Translations under genes and position numbers: made by a program
Shown here: positions 36,006-48,935 of the stretch, piece by piece
Position numbering within the stretch: position 1 is the stretch's first letter
Layout of the letters: each line of letters starts with the position of its first letter
The notes under the pieces: generated by a model
The model's input: the letters and a program-made list of their open reading frames with translations, nothing else
The model's database searches: none
Told to the model about the DNA's origin: nothing
NCBI GenBank assembly: GCA_026023565.1
Contig: JAPETS010000004.1
Location: forward strand, 620,001-684,000
Direction of reading: 5' to 3'
From: Cirrosporium novae-zelandiae
Taxonomy: Eukaryota
DNA length: 64,000 nucleotides

Positions 36006-37816
36006 ATGGTCGTTATCAACGATCTGAGGCCCATTATCCTTGGGTTAGGATGGACCCTAGCATTCGTTGGAACTCTCCTTTTGTTCGCAAGATTATACAC
36101 CAGATTCTACATAATGTCAAAACCTGGCATCGACGACTTGATCGCCTCAATGGCTTGGGTAGATATTCTATACTTATGCTTTCTACCTTAAGACCTCCAT
36201 TCTGACCCTGCTTCTACCTACAGGCAACCGCTATCATTTGCTCGGCCTGTACTACTGCAGGCTGTACTACCGGACTCGGCGTACATATAGCCAACCTCAG
36301 TACACCTGAAATATTATGCTCATCCAAATTTATTCTCATCGCCTCCGTTTTCTCCATTACCAGCAGCTGCATTGGGAAGCTCGCTGTTGCAGCTTTTTTA
36401 CTGCGATTGATGGATAATGCCGCCTTTATGAAATGGCAAAAGTGGTTTCTCTGGGGTCTTTCTATCGTCAATGTGGGATTAAATGGTGCCGCCGTCGGTA
36501 ATACATCTCCTTCCAATTGCCATGATCATTAGTCTTGATAAATTTTGGTCTAGGTATGTCGCTATCTATGTGCGTTCCCATAAATAGACTATGGGACCCC
36601 ACAGTAAAAGGTACCTGTATAACTTCATACAAGCCGACCTGGAGCGTAGCAATTACACAGGTTCGTCTTCTCCCTTTGTCAATTGGCATCATTGTGCAAG
36701 AATACTGAAACTTGCTTTAGGGAGGTAGGTAACCTCAAGATGGCATGTAACGCCTTTTGGTCAATTCCGCTAATGCTCCGCCTTAGCATGCAACACATTC
36801 ACTGATTTTATTCTCGCCATATTTCCTTTTCTCATCTTCAAGTCCGCGAAGCTGAAGTTCAGGGTCAAAGCTGCAATGTTAGCTGCAATGGGAACTGGAA
36901 TCTTGTATGTCTGACTTCAACTTCTGTGTACAATGATATTCGCAATAAGTCAAGTGATTCCCTAGCCCCGAAGGCCAATCACATAGTGGGCATGGCGTGA
37001 CATCTGTAGGAGACTTTCGGGGAAAGTGAATGTACGTTTGAAGTACAATCAGACTGGCGGGAAACATTTGGACGGTCATTGAGGACGATTGTAGATGTGG
37101 CTTTGGACTGGATTGATTTGATTTGCTTATTGCGAATATCAGAGAATAAGACAATTGCTAATAGCAAGAAGAGCCGCAGTAGCTTCAGCCGTGAAGACGG
37201 CCCAATTTCAGCGAATCGGCCATGACTATACATGTTGGTCAACCGCATTGGTGTACCTATTGATTGGAAGTTGAAGGGCTAACATCTGACTAGATGAATG
37301 GGGTAACATAAGTATCTGGTACATGTAAGTTTTGGTACTATTCTCTTTTATCCATTACTATAACTAATTCTTATCTCCTAGGTTGGAAGTAAGTTTGCTT
37401 GTTTCATGGTAGTATTATCGATCATCATTAACAATTGGCCCCTCAAGATGTACATTGTTCTCGGAACTGCCACCATCCCCACACTTCGCCCTCTCTACTT
37501 ATCTATACGGCATCAGGACACAGTCACCGAAATCCATCCACTCCAGTCCTACACCTTTCAGGTTAGTGTAGGAGGAAGTCGCCTCGCCAAACCGAAACTA
37601 AAAAAGTCCTTTATCAAAACGATGCCGGAACGGGGAGTTCCCAGTTCCAAATCCATTGTCTATGGAAATGAGACACCTAACGACGATGCATCAAGCGAAG
37701 AAAATATTCTAGGGATTAGGGCTGTGAGGGAGGTGGAGGTGCGTTATGTTCCGGAACATCAAACTAAGGAAAATGAGAGAGTCAGGATCCATCCCTTTGA
37801 CCCGAGAGAGGTTTGA
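36006..37816 (+). CDS. Second Pth11-like rhodopsin-domain membrane protein, with micro-exons
   Basis: ARLYTR..GIDD, GLGVH, GKLAVAAFLLRL, CVPINRLWDP..GTC, TDFILAIFP, AVKT, LEMYIVLGTATIPTLRPL, assembled across 8 predicted exons. Confidence 0.85.
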
Positions 37817-38307
37817 GGGCTATATGATAGAAATTATGTGGTCGAGATGAAACCAAGTACTCTATACCTTCAACACCGCAGAGATGAGTCAACAGTTGCT
37901 CACGTGGTGGTGCAATACCACTTGAAGAAACCAAAACCAACCCGAGGCCGAGGATTTAGGTTGAAGGAACGTCCCAGGCGGATGGAACCAGCCAACAAAA
38001 ACGAAGTGATACAGTGAACAGAGGATTACATGGTGCTAGATACCAGAGACAAGGACCGATCCCACGGTCCAAAAAAATTCCACCTACGTGGAGAAAATGG
38101 TGAGCAGGGAGTTGGCGTTTTCAAAAGTTTTTAGAGCAAAACCATCTCAAAGGAGATGAAGATGTAAGATAATAGTGTGTAATGAATTATGTAATGAATA
38201 ATTAGCTTTTTATGCCACCTTACGGTGGTCTCAAGAGACCTCAAGAGATTTGAAGCAGAAGGTGATAGCTATGGATCACCTTGATAGCTATGGAAGCTAT
38301 GAAAGTC

Positions 38308-38366
38308 TGATGATGATGACAATTCATTTTATTGTCTGCATGTCACTATCAGGCTATGGCGGACAT
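38308..38366 (-). mobile_element. 59-bp retroposon-like insertion, copy 2 of the same family
   Basis: 13-bp TSD with one mismatch: AGCTATGAAAGTC (38295-38307) and AGCTGTGAAAGTC (38367-38379). Homologous to 31188-31247. Confidence 0.75.
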
Positions 38367-38529
38367 AGCTGTGAAAGTCCAATTACATCAACTCTTGAGA
38401 TATTTCAAGTCGCATATTAATTAAGCTACCTAGGCAATCTTTGCCTTTCTATTCGGCGCCCCTATATTTCCACCATCTCTGGCAGTACTCACCTTGGCAT
38501 CAATACATGGTTAATAACACAGCTTATAA

Positions 38530-40386
38530 TTAGTAATTCATAGTCGGAACTCCTCCATCCAAACCACCATCGTACGAGGTATATTCTTGTTCGTGACCTC
38601 TGCCTTGCCCGCCGTCACCATATGATGGTTGATAGCCTTGATGATAGCCACCTCTGTCGCCAACGTCGTCCAATGATCGGTATCCCCCTCTCCTTCCTCT
38701 ACCACCACGATTGCTACCGCCTCTGCCACCTCGACCATAAGGAGTATTTCGAGATCCGCCTCCACCACGGCCTCGGCCTCCCCCTCGGTACTGGGAACCA
38801 CTACCTCTCCTGTTGTCTTCATTACGATATTTGTGATGATACGACTGGTCATTGGACTGTTCGTAGGGATGCTTTCGGGGATTCGGATTCTCTCTATAAG
38901 ATGAATTTCCCTCGTCCGAACCTGCGTGACCAACTTTAAGGAGCACCTTCTCTCCTATAACCGTCTCAAAGACAATGGCATCCTGAGGATCTACCGGTTC
39001 AAAATTACGAATATCCCTTGCCTCAAAAGGTTTAGCACTTTGAACGTGAGCCAGAATGACCGTAGGTGGGCGCGTATATGTATATTGAGGCTCTTTTTCG
39101 GGAATAGACTCGACACGAGCTGCCCAAATCCTATCTTTGAAACTGCCGACGCCTGTAACTTTCCAGGTCAATGTTTTACCGATTGGACCTGCTCGCGCAA
39201 GTGCAAAATCTTCAGGTTTGCCGACAGAGATAAGAATATTGTTCGCAAGATACTTGACATTGTTGTAGGGTATGTTTTCAGGCACATCTACTAAACGGAT
39301 TAACCGACGAGAATCGGATTCGGAAATAAGGTAGCCGGTATACGACACAACCTTCTTGATTTCTTGCTTGTTGTTTTGGAGACTTGTTCTTCGATTGCTT
39401 GAAATTACCGTGAGATTATGTGAGTTAATCATACGCTGTACTTCGGCAACTTCAGTTATTGGGTCAAGAGTTGTAGAAACTTCTGCCACCTCGATAACTT
39501 CGGCGTTGATGACTCCACGTGGAGCACAGTCTGGAGAAAAAGAAAGGTCTTCGTTCATAGTCTCAAAGAATTTACGGAATCCTTGGACACTTTCTGTATG
39601 TCAGCATACGACGGCAACACAGAAAGAGTCGAAATAACATACTGCTTAGGGCGATCCTCGTAAACTCGAATATCACTGGCCTCGCGATACGTGTTAACAA
39701 TCTCCTCTAAAAGCGTTTGCTTGAACATCATGGTGCTCGTGAATCGTTGGTTGGAAGGCCCGGCCTCTGGTTTGAGGCAAACCATATCGAATTTTAGTTC
39801 CTTGCTTGCAATCATTCGCTTGATCAAGTCGGCAAAACCTCCCTCAGATCTACCAGTCAAGAGGACGTTTAAGGTGCTATTTGATCGCATACTCAGCTGG
39901 ACGAGATCTACCTATAGCTTGAATAAACCTTTGTGTTCCCTTTAATGTTATCCAGTGCTCTTACGATTGTTTCATTCCACCATCCCTTCCAAGCTCGTGG
40001 CTCCTCTTTGTCTATTCCTTCTCCAGTTGCAGCAAGTATATTTGAATCATGCCACCATCCACCATTAGTGAAGCCATCTGCCGACTGAAGATGACCCAGG
40101 GTGGGGCCTACCCATACTTTCGGACTTGGTAGAGGACTGAGGAAGACTATCGCATAATGAGTGAGATGCAATGATTTAGGGAAGGAGGACACAGACGAGT
40201 GTTGTCGAAATCATAGATATGGATATGCTTGATCTGTGAGACGGCTAGAAAGTTATCAGTAAGGACTTCTCAGTAGGTGGATGTGGTGCATACGAGGAAG
40301 GTCCTTGCCTCCACAAGACCATCTTTTAAGCCCAGTAACAGTTTGAGTAACGAATCTTCGGCCCTGAGTACCATTCAGCGAACCAT
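38530..40386 (-). CDS. Swiss-Army-knife RNA-repair-like HAD protein (YMR265C-like) with RGG-rich C-terminus
   Basis: Spliced. HAD motif IYDFDNTLF, GGWWHD, LLTGR, FDMVCLKP, YEDRPKH, and an RGG tail. Confidence 0.82.
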
Positions 40387-40579
40387 TAGCCATTGGAATG
40401 GCCATGGCGCATAAGAAAGGCAAATGAATAGAAAAGTTTCAAAAGAGTGAAAGGACTACCAGGTTGATAAATCCCATGGGGGAAAGGTAGGAAGCCAAGT
40501 TTATGGGTTGTGTAGAAGTTTAGTTGATTGCAGTAATTACCTACTTGAGTGTGTACAGAATGTGTATACAAAGCAGGTA

Positions 40580-42421
40580 GAGAGGCTGGTCGGGTCTTTA
40601 GCCAGACCCAGCTTTTAGCCGAAAACACCACAATTTCAATTATTCAAGCACAATCGACCAACTTATATATTAATTTACATAGAATTGCCCTATATAATTT
40701 TTTATTGGGGTAGGAAATTCCTAAGAAGCTGGCTTTTTTTTATTAAGCAATTTTGGCTTTCCCCGTTTTCTTCCCCCCGATTTTTTAATTTTGTCCTGCT
40801 CTTGTTTCTCCCGCTGTCTCTGCAATTCGCGCTCGATATTTTGTTTATCAGCAAATCGATTATTTAAGTCAATTGTCAGTTTTGCACGCGTATTACGTTT
40901 GAAAGTGCTTATTTCAGCTTGCGTTTGCTTGAGTTGTATATCTATTAAACCTTCGTTGAAGCTCTGTTGATCGAGTTGTTTATCGATCTTATTTATCAAG
41001 GTCCGGAAGTCTCGATTTGGTACTACGTCGAGGTTTTCTACCAATTTTCCTAGCTGTTTTCTGTTGTGGGGGGTGTCGAAGAGCTTAGGGGAATTCGATT
41101 GAAAGCGTTCAGGGGACGGGGTAATCACTCTAGGGGGGGGAAGAATCGAATTTTTGAATTCGGAAGAAGTAAGTACCCGGTCAGGGTTATAAAAGTAGAT
41201 TCCAGCTCTTTTCCACCCAGCTGCAATTGTCCGACGAGTCAAATATTTAGTACGAGCTTTGTTGTACGTAGTAATGAATTTGTTTTTTTTAATAGGTGCA
41301 GCGTTATCCTATATAGAAAGATTTTCAATTTCCTTTTTGTATGCGTTTTTCAGGGGGGAAAACACGCCTTTATCTAAAGGTTGTAGCAAATGAGATGTAT
41401 AAGCAGGCAAATATAAGCATTGTACGTTGTTTTAGTGGCATAACCATATAAATTCTGGGGATATATGACTGTTATACCCATCAAGTAGCAAAATTCGAGC
41501 CCTAGGCTTATTCGGAGAAGTATAAGAAAGAAAAATAGTCCGCAACCACGTGATAGCAATCTCATTGTTCGTCCAACCATTGGGGGAAACAGTATAATAT
41601 ATATTGGGGACCGAATTATTGAACCAAGCGACCATAAGGTTCTTCCCTTTGAATATAATAAGGCATGGAATATATTTTCCCCGAATAGACACAGTTTCCA
41701 ATATAGTGACCCAGTCACGATTCTCCGGTACAGTTTTAGTCGTATATCGTTGATTTGCACGCCCAATAACCTTAGTAGTACTGGTGCATGCCCCCATTGC
41801 AACCCCCATTTCATCCATATTCCATATATCCCCTAGCTCGACTTTGTACTCGGCCTTAGTGCGTTCGAAAAGGGTAAGGAAGCCGGTAATGTCATCGGCA
41901 GTAAGACAAGCTCGGTCGGTCGAAAGAGGTCGACTTTGAAGGATTTTAATATCATCGTGTCGATTAACAAATCGAGTTACCCATTTCTGACCAAGCGAGC
42001 TTGGTCCAGCGAGATATTGGGCGACATGGAGAATAAAATAGCGTACGAGTTTGAATGTTGGGGCTTGACCTCGGTCATCTAGAAGCTTTATCCAATTGAT
42101 TATTGCAATTTCTTGATTATCGGTCAAAAGTTGTTGTTTTGTATGCGATTTGCGCATTGGTTGATAATAACCGTGAAGTCGATTTGCTAGCGTAGATCGA
42201 TTAACCCCATACATAGCCGCAGAAGCTCGGATACTTGAGAAAATGCCTTCATTATAATCAGAAATAGCTTTTTGCAAAGCTGCTTCATCAACAGATTGAT
42301 AAGGCATTGTGGGGGTGATAAATATGAAGAAGTTGATTGAGGGGTGAGTTGGAGATGAGGTGGAAGTTGGTGTTTTTTTCGGCTAAAAGCTGGGTCTGGC
42401 TAAAGACCCGACCAGCCTCTC
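40580..42421 (-). mobile_element. Full-length pogo/Fot1-type (Tc1/mariner superfamily) DNA transposon, 1842 bp
   Basis: 46-bp perfect TIRs GAGAGGCTGGTCGGGTCTTTAGCCAGACCCAGCTTTTAGCCGAAAA. TA TSDs at 40578-40579 and 42422-42423. Confidence 0.96.
40721..42307 (-). pseudogene. pogo/Fot1 DDE transposase with two premature stops
   Basis: N-terminal HTH, WNMDEMG, GWTNNE, LLDGYNSH, LLQPLD. One continuous frame with stops at 41434-41432 (TAA) and 41311-41309 (TAG). Confidence 0.93.
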
Positions 42422-42780
42422 TATGCAGATGAATTTGCGACAAGTTGCATGGAGTCAGGGTCATGAATGAGTAGCGCTAGCTAGAACTACAGGTAAACAA
42501 GTGAATAATTACATTAAACTCTCCCAGCTAGTCCTAGCACCTTATGCATCTTATGCCTTAGGCTCCTAAGCCCTGACTAGCACGTGCCTTTGTACTGTGG
42601 TAGTTTATCGATAACAACGAGAAACAACATAAACAATCCAAAGGTGTCGCATGCATCGCACTATCAGCTTATATATAATACTACCTCTCTTCTCTTCTTA
42701 TGCCTTGAATCATAATAGTTGGCAATCCCTCGAGCCCTTTTCCCAGATCCTTAAAACGCAAAGTCGAAAAAACGAATGAT

Positions 42781-43895
42781 ATGGCTTCTGAAGATCACGG
42801 GGATAAGAATCCTTGTGCCATATGTCTAGAACCTGTCAGCGAGAAGGCCATTGCACATCCTTGCGGTCATATTTTCGATTTTGGATGTCTTGCTACCTGG
42901 TTACTACGAAATCCAACCTGTCCATTGTGTCCGTATTCCCATACCAAGACTATCTCCTTTGAATACTCTTAACGTGACTGAAAGCAAAATCCGACAACAA
43001 GATCTCTTGAGATTATTCTAATGAAAGATGCTAATATCACGTCTATATAGGTAAATATGATATACCGCTTGTCGACTATAACTTTACTTCCACTGGAGAG
43101 TTCCAGACATATAATGTAACTATATTAGCCGATATCAATCTCGAAGAAACTCGAAACCAACAACAACCACAAGAAATTCCCTCAGAATGGCAAAGTTCCC
43201 CAAGCCTATTTCCAACCAGGCCTAGAGAAAGACATACGAGACGTCGGAGAAATGGGACTCAGGTTTCCGAGCTTAGAGAAAGACATATGAGACGTCGGAG
43301 AACTGGGACTCAGGTTTCTGAGATTAACACTCGTACAGAACGCAACTTTGGAAATATCTACAGTCTGGGATATTGGGATGTTTCAAGGCGATTATTGCAG
43401 GTCAATAAACCAAGGCCCGGGGATAGCGGTGAATTGTTAATGCGAAAACTCGTCTACCATACTAATATCCCTTCGGCATACATCGGATCCAATAGATACA
43501 ACGGATACCGCGATTTTACTGCCGCTCAATTCCGGAATAGCCAACCCTTGATTCATAAGGCGCGTTTATGGATCAGGCGCGAATTCAACGTGTTTAGATT
43601 TCCAGAAACTCGAAGTGGGGTTTCTCATAACCTGGATAGACGAGAGATTAATCCTGAATATCTCCTTGAGTTTATAATTCATATGTTAATGGTGCTTGAC
43701 ATAAACGGGGGTGCCGGCCAGGGGGTAGCTATTCTCTCGGATTATATGGAAGCCAATCACGCCATCCTCTTTCTACATGAGCTTCGAGCTTGGCTGCGCA
43801 GCCCACATATATACTTAGGTGTCTGGGACAGAACTGTCCAGTATCGATGGGGTGCATCGGAAGTTAGGCTTGGGGAGATGTTCTTCATCCCCTAA
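42781..43895 (+). CDS. RING-finger (C3HC4-like, Topors-like) putative E3 ligase
   Basis: CAICLE..PCGHIFDFGCLATWL..CPLC(K) across intron 42929-43050. C-terminal LWIRREF and FLHELRAWLRSP. Confidence 0.85.
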
Positions 43896-44243
43896 ATAAC
43901 CTAACAGCGGATGAAACAGATTTTATCCGCAGATTCCGCCTGAAATTTAACCGAGTCCTCGCTGCAAGTTTCCATTAATTGACCAGTCTTTCACTTTCCA
44001 GGAACCACGGGATCCTAATCTCTAAAGATTCAAGAGGTCCGCCCAGCTCACACGCAAAAGATGGGAGATGTTGGAACGAACATCAGTCCTAGTATATCCG
44101 AATTAATGCTATTCATCTAGAAGCGTCAATGTAAGCGAAATTAACCATTATCTTCACTGGAACCTTTTCGAGAAAAAATTCACACGTTGGATCCAGCTAA
44201 CTTTCGAACCGCGGCTCAAACAAATACAGTCACAATACACTCA

Positions 44244-44849
44244 CTACTTCTTAATCGCAGACCTCAAGCGCTCAAGAACACGCGAGATCTGTTCAAGTCC
44301 AAGTCCGTCAGCACTGGATGAACAAGGCACGGAGATTATCTTCTGCCTTGAAGTAGCACCCTTGACGATGATGATATCACCTTTAGGCAAACCAAGTGCC
44401 TAGAGATGAATGAATGGATGGAGTTAGCAAGATCCTCCAGATAGATAGATAGACACATGAATATATATATATAAACATAAAATTCAAATCCAAATCCAAA
44501 AGGAAAACAAATCAAAGCAAATCAAATCAAATAAATAAACAGCTCCCCCTCATCTCTTTCCACTTACCTTACAACCCCTCCCCATCAAAAAAAAAACAAT
44601 AATACACACCTTCCCCAGCACCCCCCTAACCCCCTCATTACTCCTCCCCCCCCTCGGCACCGCCGCAACACAAATCCCAATCGCCTCCTCCGTCACCGAT
44701 TCGATCCCCTCGCGCTGTGCGGACACGTTTGGCTTTATGCTGCAGGAAAGTAGGAGGTGGGCTTGGTTGGGGTTGGGGTTGGGGGGGTGTTTGAGGGGTT
44801 TGGGGGATAGGTAGCGGATTGCGGTACGAGCGGCGGTGTGGGTGGACAT
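44244..44849 (-). CDS. DUF167/UPF0235 (YggU-like) protein
   Basis: IKPNVSAQREGI..ICVAAVPRGGRSN, an intron, then ALGLPKGDIIIVKGATSRQK. Confidence 0.85.
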
Positions 44850-46155
44850 TTTTGGATAGTTGATTGATGAGGGAGGGTCTCGAGGAACCGTTTTGTTTGT
44901 TTATTGGAAAGTTGCTTGGTTGGTTGCTTAGTTGCTTGGGGAAGTTATTCCAGTAATTAGTTCGCGTGGTACGGTACGGGTGGGACGGACAAGACAAGCA
45001 CAAGTTCGGGCTGCGGGTCGGGTGTCGGGTCGGGTGCCGAGTTCGAGTTCTTTGTTATTTGGCACGTTTGGCACGCTTTGGTTAGGAATAGGAATAATTA
45101 GTTGAATAATTAGTAGGGTGGAATTGGAATTGATTCGGGATTCGTTTGCTTGGATTAAGGGTAATTATTGCACATAGAAAAAGTATTCCCTACAAGGGCG
45201 AATTTTTGTAATCTAAGGTAATTATATAGTTGTCCTTTATGGAATGAACAGCAGCGGGAAACTAGAATCTGAGCATTTATGCTGTAGGTTTTACTATTAG
45301 TTTTCGTCGAAACTCTGGTCTAGTATCATGTGGTGGGAAAGTTTTATGATAGTGTCGTAATTGTACGAAGAAGAAGTCGAAGAAAAGAGGAAGAAGAAAA
45401 GAACCTGTATACTGAAACGAGAATTTGTTGTTACAACACAATGGATTGGCTTATCAGATAAGATGACGAAATCTAGGATTAAAACCCAAGCAAGCAATGG
45501 CGTCTGAGAGTATATCATAAAAGGAAACCAACAGTAAGAAAGCGGATACTCCCCAGTCAATATTGAAAAAGGCCTGCTTTATTATAACTTTCTAGGTCGG
45601 TGAAGCTGATAGTTGCTATATCTCAGGGAAACCCAGATAGAATTGCCAGATATACTATTAGCGATCGACGGGAAACATGAGAGGCTATCGGTCCGGCAAA
45701 CTGAGCCAAAGTAATAATTGGCTAAATAAATCCCTTCCACGTGGGTGAATAACATATATATATGGTGGACAAAGCGGACGAGTATCTCTGAACCAGGAGT
45801 GTTTTACATTTGTTGAGCCAAGCCCAGCTTCCAGACCAATTCACTAATTCACGTTGGGGGAAGCCCGTTTCCAATGAAAATCCACCTTTTGTAGTTGACC
45901 TCTTGAGACACAATGGGCGACCAGCTAGCTAGCCGATCCCTTTTAGGGGCGGATACCAATGGCCTGGGATGGCATGTTCTAGGTGAAGGCTCTAACCTTT
46001 CAGCCCTGATCGGTCTGTTTCTCCACCATCGCCTAATTTTTACACGTACTGACCGCTCACGTCAATGGATAGGGTGGTAGGGTGGCATGTGTGTGAAGAC
46101 AACGGAGAACGCTCTTCAGCTCTCTCCCCCTCAGGGTATTCTCACTGCCACTTGC

Positions 46156-46530
46156 TCAGATTGACTTCTCGCCTATCTCTCGGTCTTTCCTCCTCATCTC
46201 CTCCAGCATATCCCCATCTGGAATCTTCCCAACGAGATTTTTACCCTCGAGACCAGCGTGGAGCCTTTTTAGTTGGTGCATCGTCGGGCTGTCGATGCCA
46301 GCTTTGGGGGCCGCGAACCCGTGTGATGTCAGCTGGGCATCGGGATGAAGGTGCGGCTGGGTCTCTGCAGCTGCGATGAAGGCGCCAATGGCCTTATGCG
46401 CCGAGGCGATGGTGAGAGGCTTCGGGTTGCCATGCGAGACTGTGGGGGCGGGTGGTTTGACGTATTTTCTAACCTGGAACGGAGTGGAAGGTTCTTCGGG
46501 AAATTTACCCGGTTCGCGGAATCTTGGCAT
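46156..46530 (-). CDS. Small protein resembling fungal RNA polymerase I subunit A14 (Rpa14/Ker1-like)
   Basis: PHLHPDAQLT..G..MHQLKRLHAGLEG motif recalled from Pezizomycotina A14-like proteins; recognised from memory only. Confidence 0.55.
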   Translation of the reverse strand: MPRFREPGKFPEEPSTPFQVRKYVKPPAPTVSHGNPKPLTIASAHKAIGAFIAAAETQPHLHPDAQLTSHGFAAPKAGIDSPTMHQLKRLHAGLEGKNLVGKIPDGDMLEEMRRKDREIGEKSI

Positions 46531-46836
46531 TTTGGGATGTGGATGAGAGAGAAGTTTTATGATCAATTTCTTTAAATGTCTGGCGTGAATGGTTTTCAGT
46601 GTGGATTGGAAAAAGATATTGATGCGACAAAAAAGTGTGGGAGACTAACGATGGACTAGTCATGCACGGACCAGGATGACATAACCTGAGGTTCTCATAT
46701 TGTGGACTGTCTGACTGTGCACCTTACTGTGGAACTACCTAGGTACCTGATATTGGATTCAATTTCTAAAGGAGTCTATCAATTCATGTCACATTATTGC
46801 TTCCCAGCTTTGGCTTTACTCCTTAACTTGAGCTCC

Positions 46837-48326
46837 TCATTCCAACCTTTGCCCATACACGACATAGCTGCAGTAATATCAGACCCCGAGATATAGAACT
46901 GTGTGCAAACCAACTTACAATTTAAACATAAGATGCACGGATTTCTTCATCATGTCTTTTCGGACATCAATCAAGAACAATTGGACTTCCTCCGCAGACC
47001 ATCCGTGCACTTTCGTAAAGATGCCCAGGGCGAAGGCCTCCAATCCATCAAGTACCTGCGTCATATTGTACGCACCAAGTTCTTTCTATGTTCTCAGTCA
47101 GTCAGTTGGCCCAACAAGATATGCAAATGATAACAATTGAATCTATGACTTGCCAGCTTCGGGTTTTTAGGCCACGTTCCTAGGGGTATTTTGTATTCTG
47201 TTTCATGGATATTTTTGAAGCCGGCGGCTTGGGCCCATTCCTTCAAGTGCGGACCAGGGCAAGCGTTTCGGCCGATTTTATTGCAACCGTCAATAAGCAA
47301 CTGATGGAACTCCATGAACTTGTTATCTGCGTCGCACGAATTATCTTCTGTGAAATAATGTAAATCATAATCTTGAAATTCGACCCAGGCCTTATTCTTA
47401 AGCTGACTAGAATTTCAGTGAGCCATGATTGGATTGAGAAAATTGCGAAAGGGGGCACGCAACCTGTAACATTGGTGCATAAGTTTTGGCCAATCTAGGA
47501 TTGATCCTGCCAAATATCGTGCGTGAATATAATCAAAGGGTTGCCTCTCTGGCCATTCGCTCTCGATATCGTCTACTTCGAACGTAATGTTCGGTGGCAC
47601 CCTGTAATCTGTCATTCTTCCCGGCCGCGATCTAGATTACATAAAGTGAAGGCCAGAAAACCAATACCATTGGGGTTGAATAGGGCTCAGGTCATTACCA
47701 ATCTACAAAAACTTAGCCTTCCAGGCCATGTGAAAGCAACACAGAGGGTGATGCTCAATCTCACCACCTCGGCCGAGGGAAATCGATCAGCTTAAAACAA
47801 ACTCAGCAACTAAGATCAGAATGGGGGTTGCACAGCCCGTATACTAACCTGCCTCGATAGCCCAAATCCCAGTTCCAGTACCGATGTCCAAGATACGTGA
47901 TGGATCTGAAGGAAGTGGAGCTAGGTGAAGTTTGCCATCAAGTAAGGAAGTTATCATATAATGAGCAAGGTCAAGGCGATCCTGCTCCTTTTCATCGTTC
48001 GGGAATTGATAGGCTGTCTCAGTTAGAATTAACCAGATATAATAAGCCAGCTGCCGTCATACATCCTTCTCGATAACTATGGTAGCGACGACCATTCTCC
48101 CATCGGTAATTTCTTACACTGGAGCTCAAAGAAGTGGTATAGCTCTGGCTGGAGTCTTATAAGTATGTCCTTAAATCGCAAAATTGCAAGATACACACAC
48201 AGCTCATCACCATAACTAGAATCATCATCTCGGCTCTGCAGAAGGTTCAGTAAGTGGACGGTATGAAATTGTATAATAACCTACTGATGCATCAATTTCG
48301 ATGGGTGGATTCGAAGACTCGGTCAT
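46837..48326 (-). CDS. LaeA-like/TAM-type SAM methyltransferase
   Basis: ENGRRYH, YQFPNDEKEQDRLDL, ILDIGTGTGIWAIE, DLSPIQP, FEVDDIE, FDYIHARYLAGSI, LGTWPK. Many introns. Confidence 0.9.
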
Positions 48327-48935
48327 TATCACTATCAGTATTTGCAAAAGGTTGTTGATGTGCTTACGGTTAGAAAAGTATACAGCAACAGTTGGATGAT
48401 ATGTATGAACGGATGGGGCTTTCGGCAATCCGGTCCCCCCCGAGCCGCCGTTGCTGCCCCGCGGCTGTAATAGGTTATCACCGTTTCCAAACAAAAAAGG
48501 CTAATGGGACGTCGGACGGTGATCTGTTCAATTCAAGATAGTGTAGTCCCAAGACGTTGCATTTAAGGAAGAAGTTTGATTGAATTTTGACGGGCTGAAA
48601 TATAAATGTTACTGTACCACTTTAATGTTGAATCACATTTCAACCAATTACTTTTATATAAATGAATAAATAAGTAAATAAATCAATTCTTTACACCAAC
48701 ACCCGTCAGTAAACTATGGTGATCCTTCGCATGTGGTTCAGGATTGGATTATTAAAGTTCAGGATGCTTACTGAGTACATCTATTTTCGTCTTCTGAGCT
48801 TTTGTTCCAATCAACATTTGTTTTTCCAAACGTATGTACTTGTGCACCTTGTATGAAAACCAAGCATTGTTGCGTAAATCCTAAATTTTCATAACTTCGT
48901 CGCTTGACACTCATTCCACCCCTGCGTCCACGCTT

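Noticed and set aside
41309..41311. In-frame TAG as a possible A-to-I-edited stop
   Set aside because: It lies in a transposase that also has a TAA stop and other RIP-type changes; mutation is the simpler explanation.
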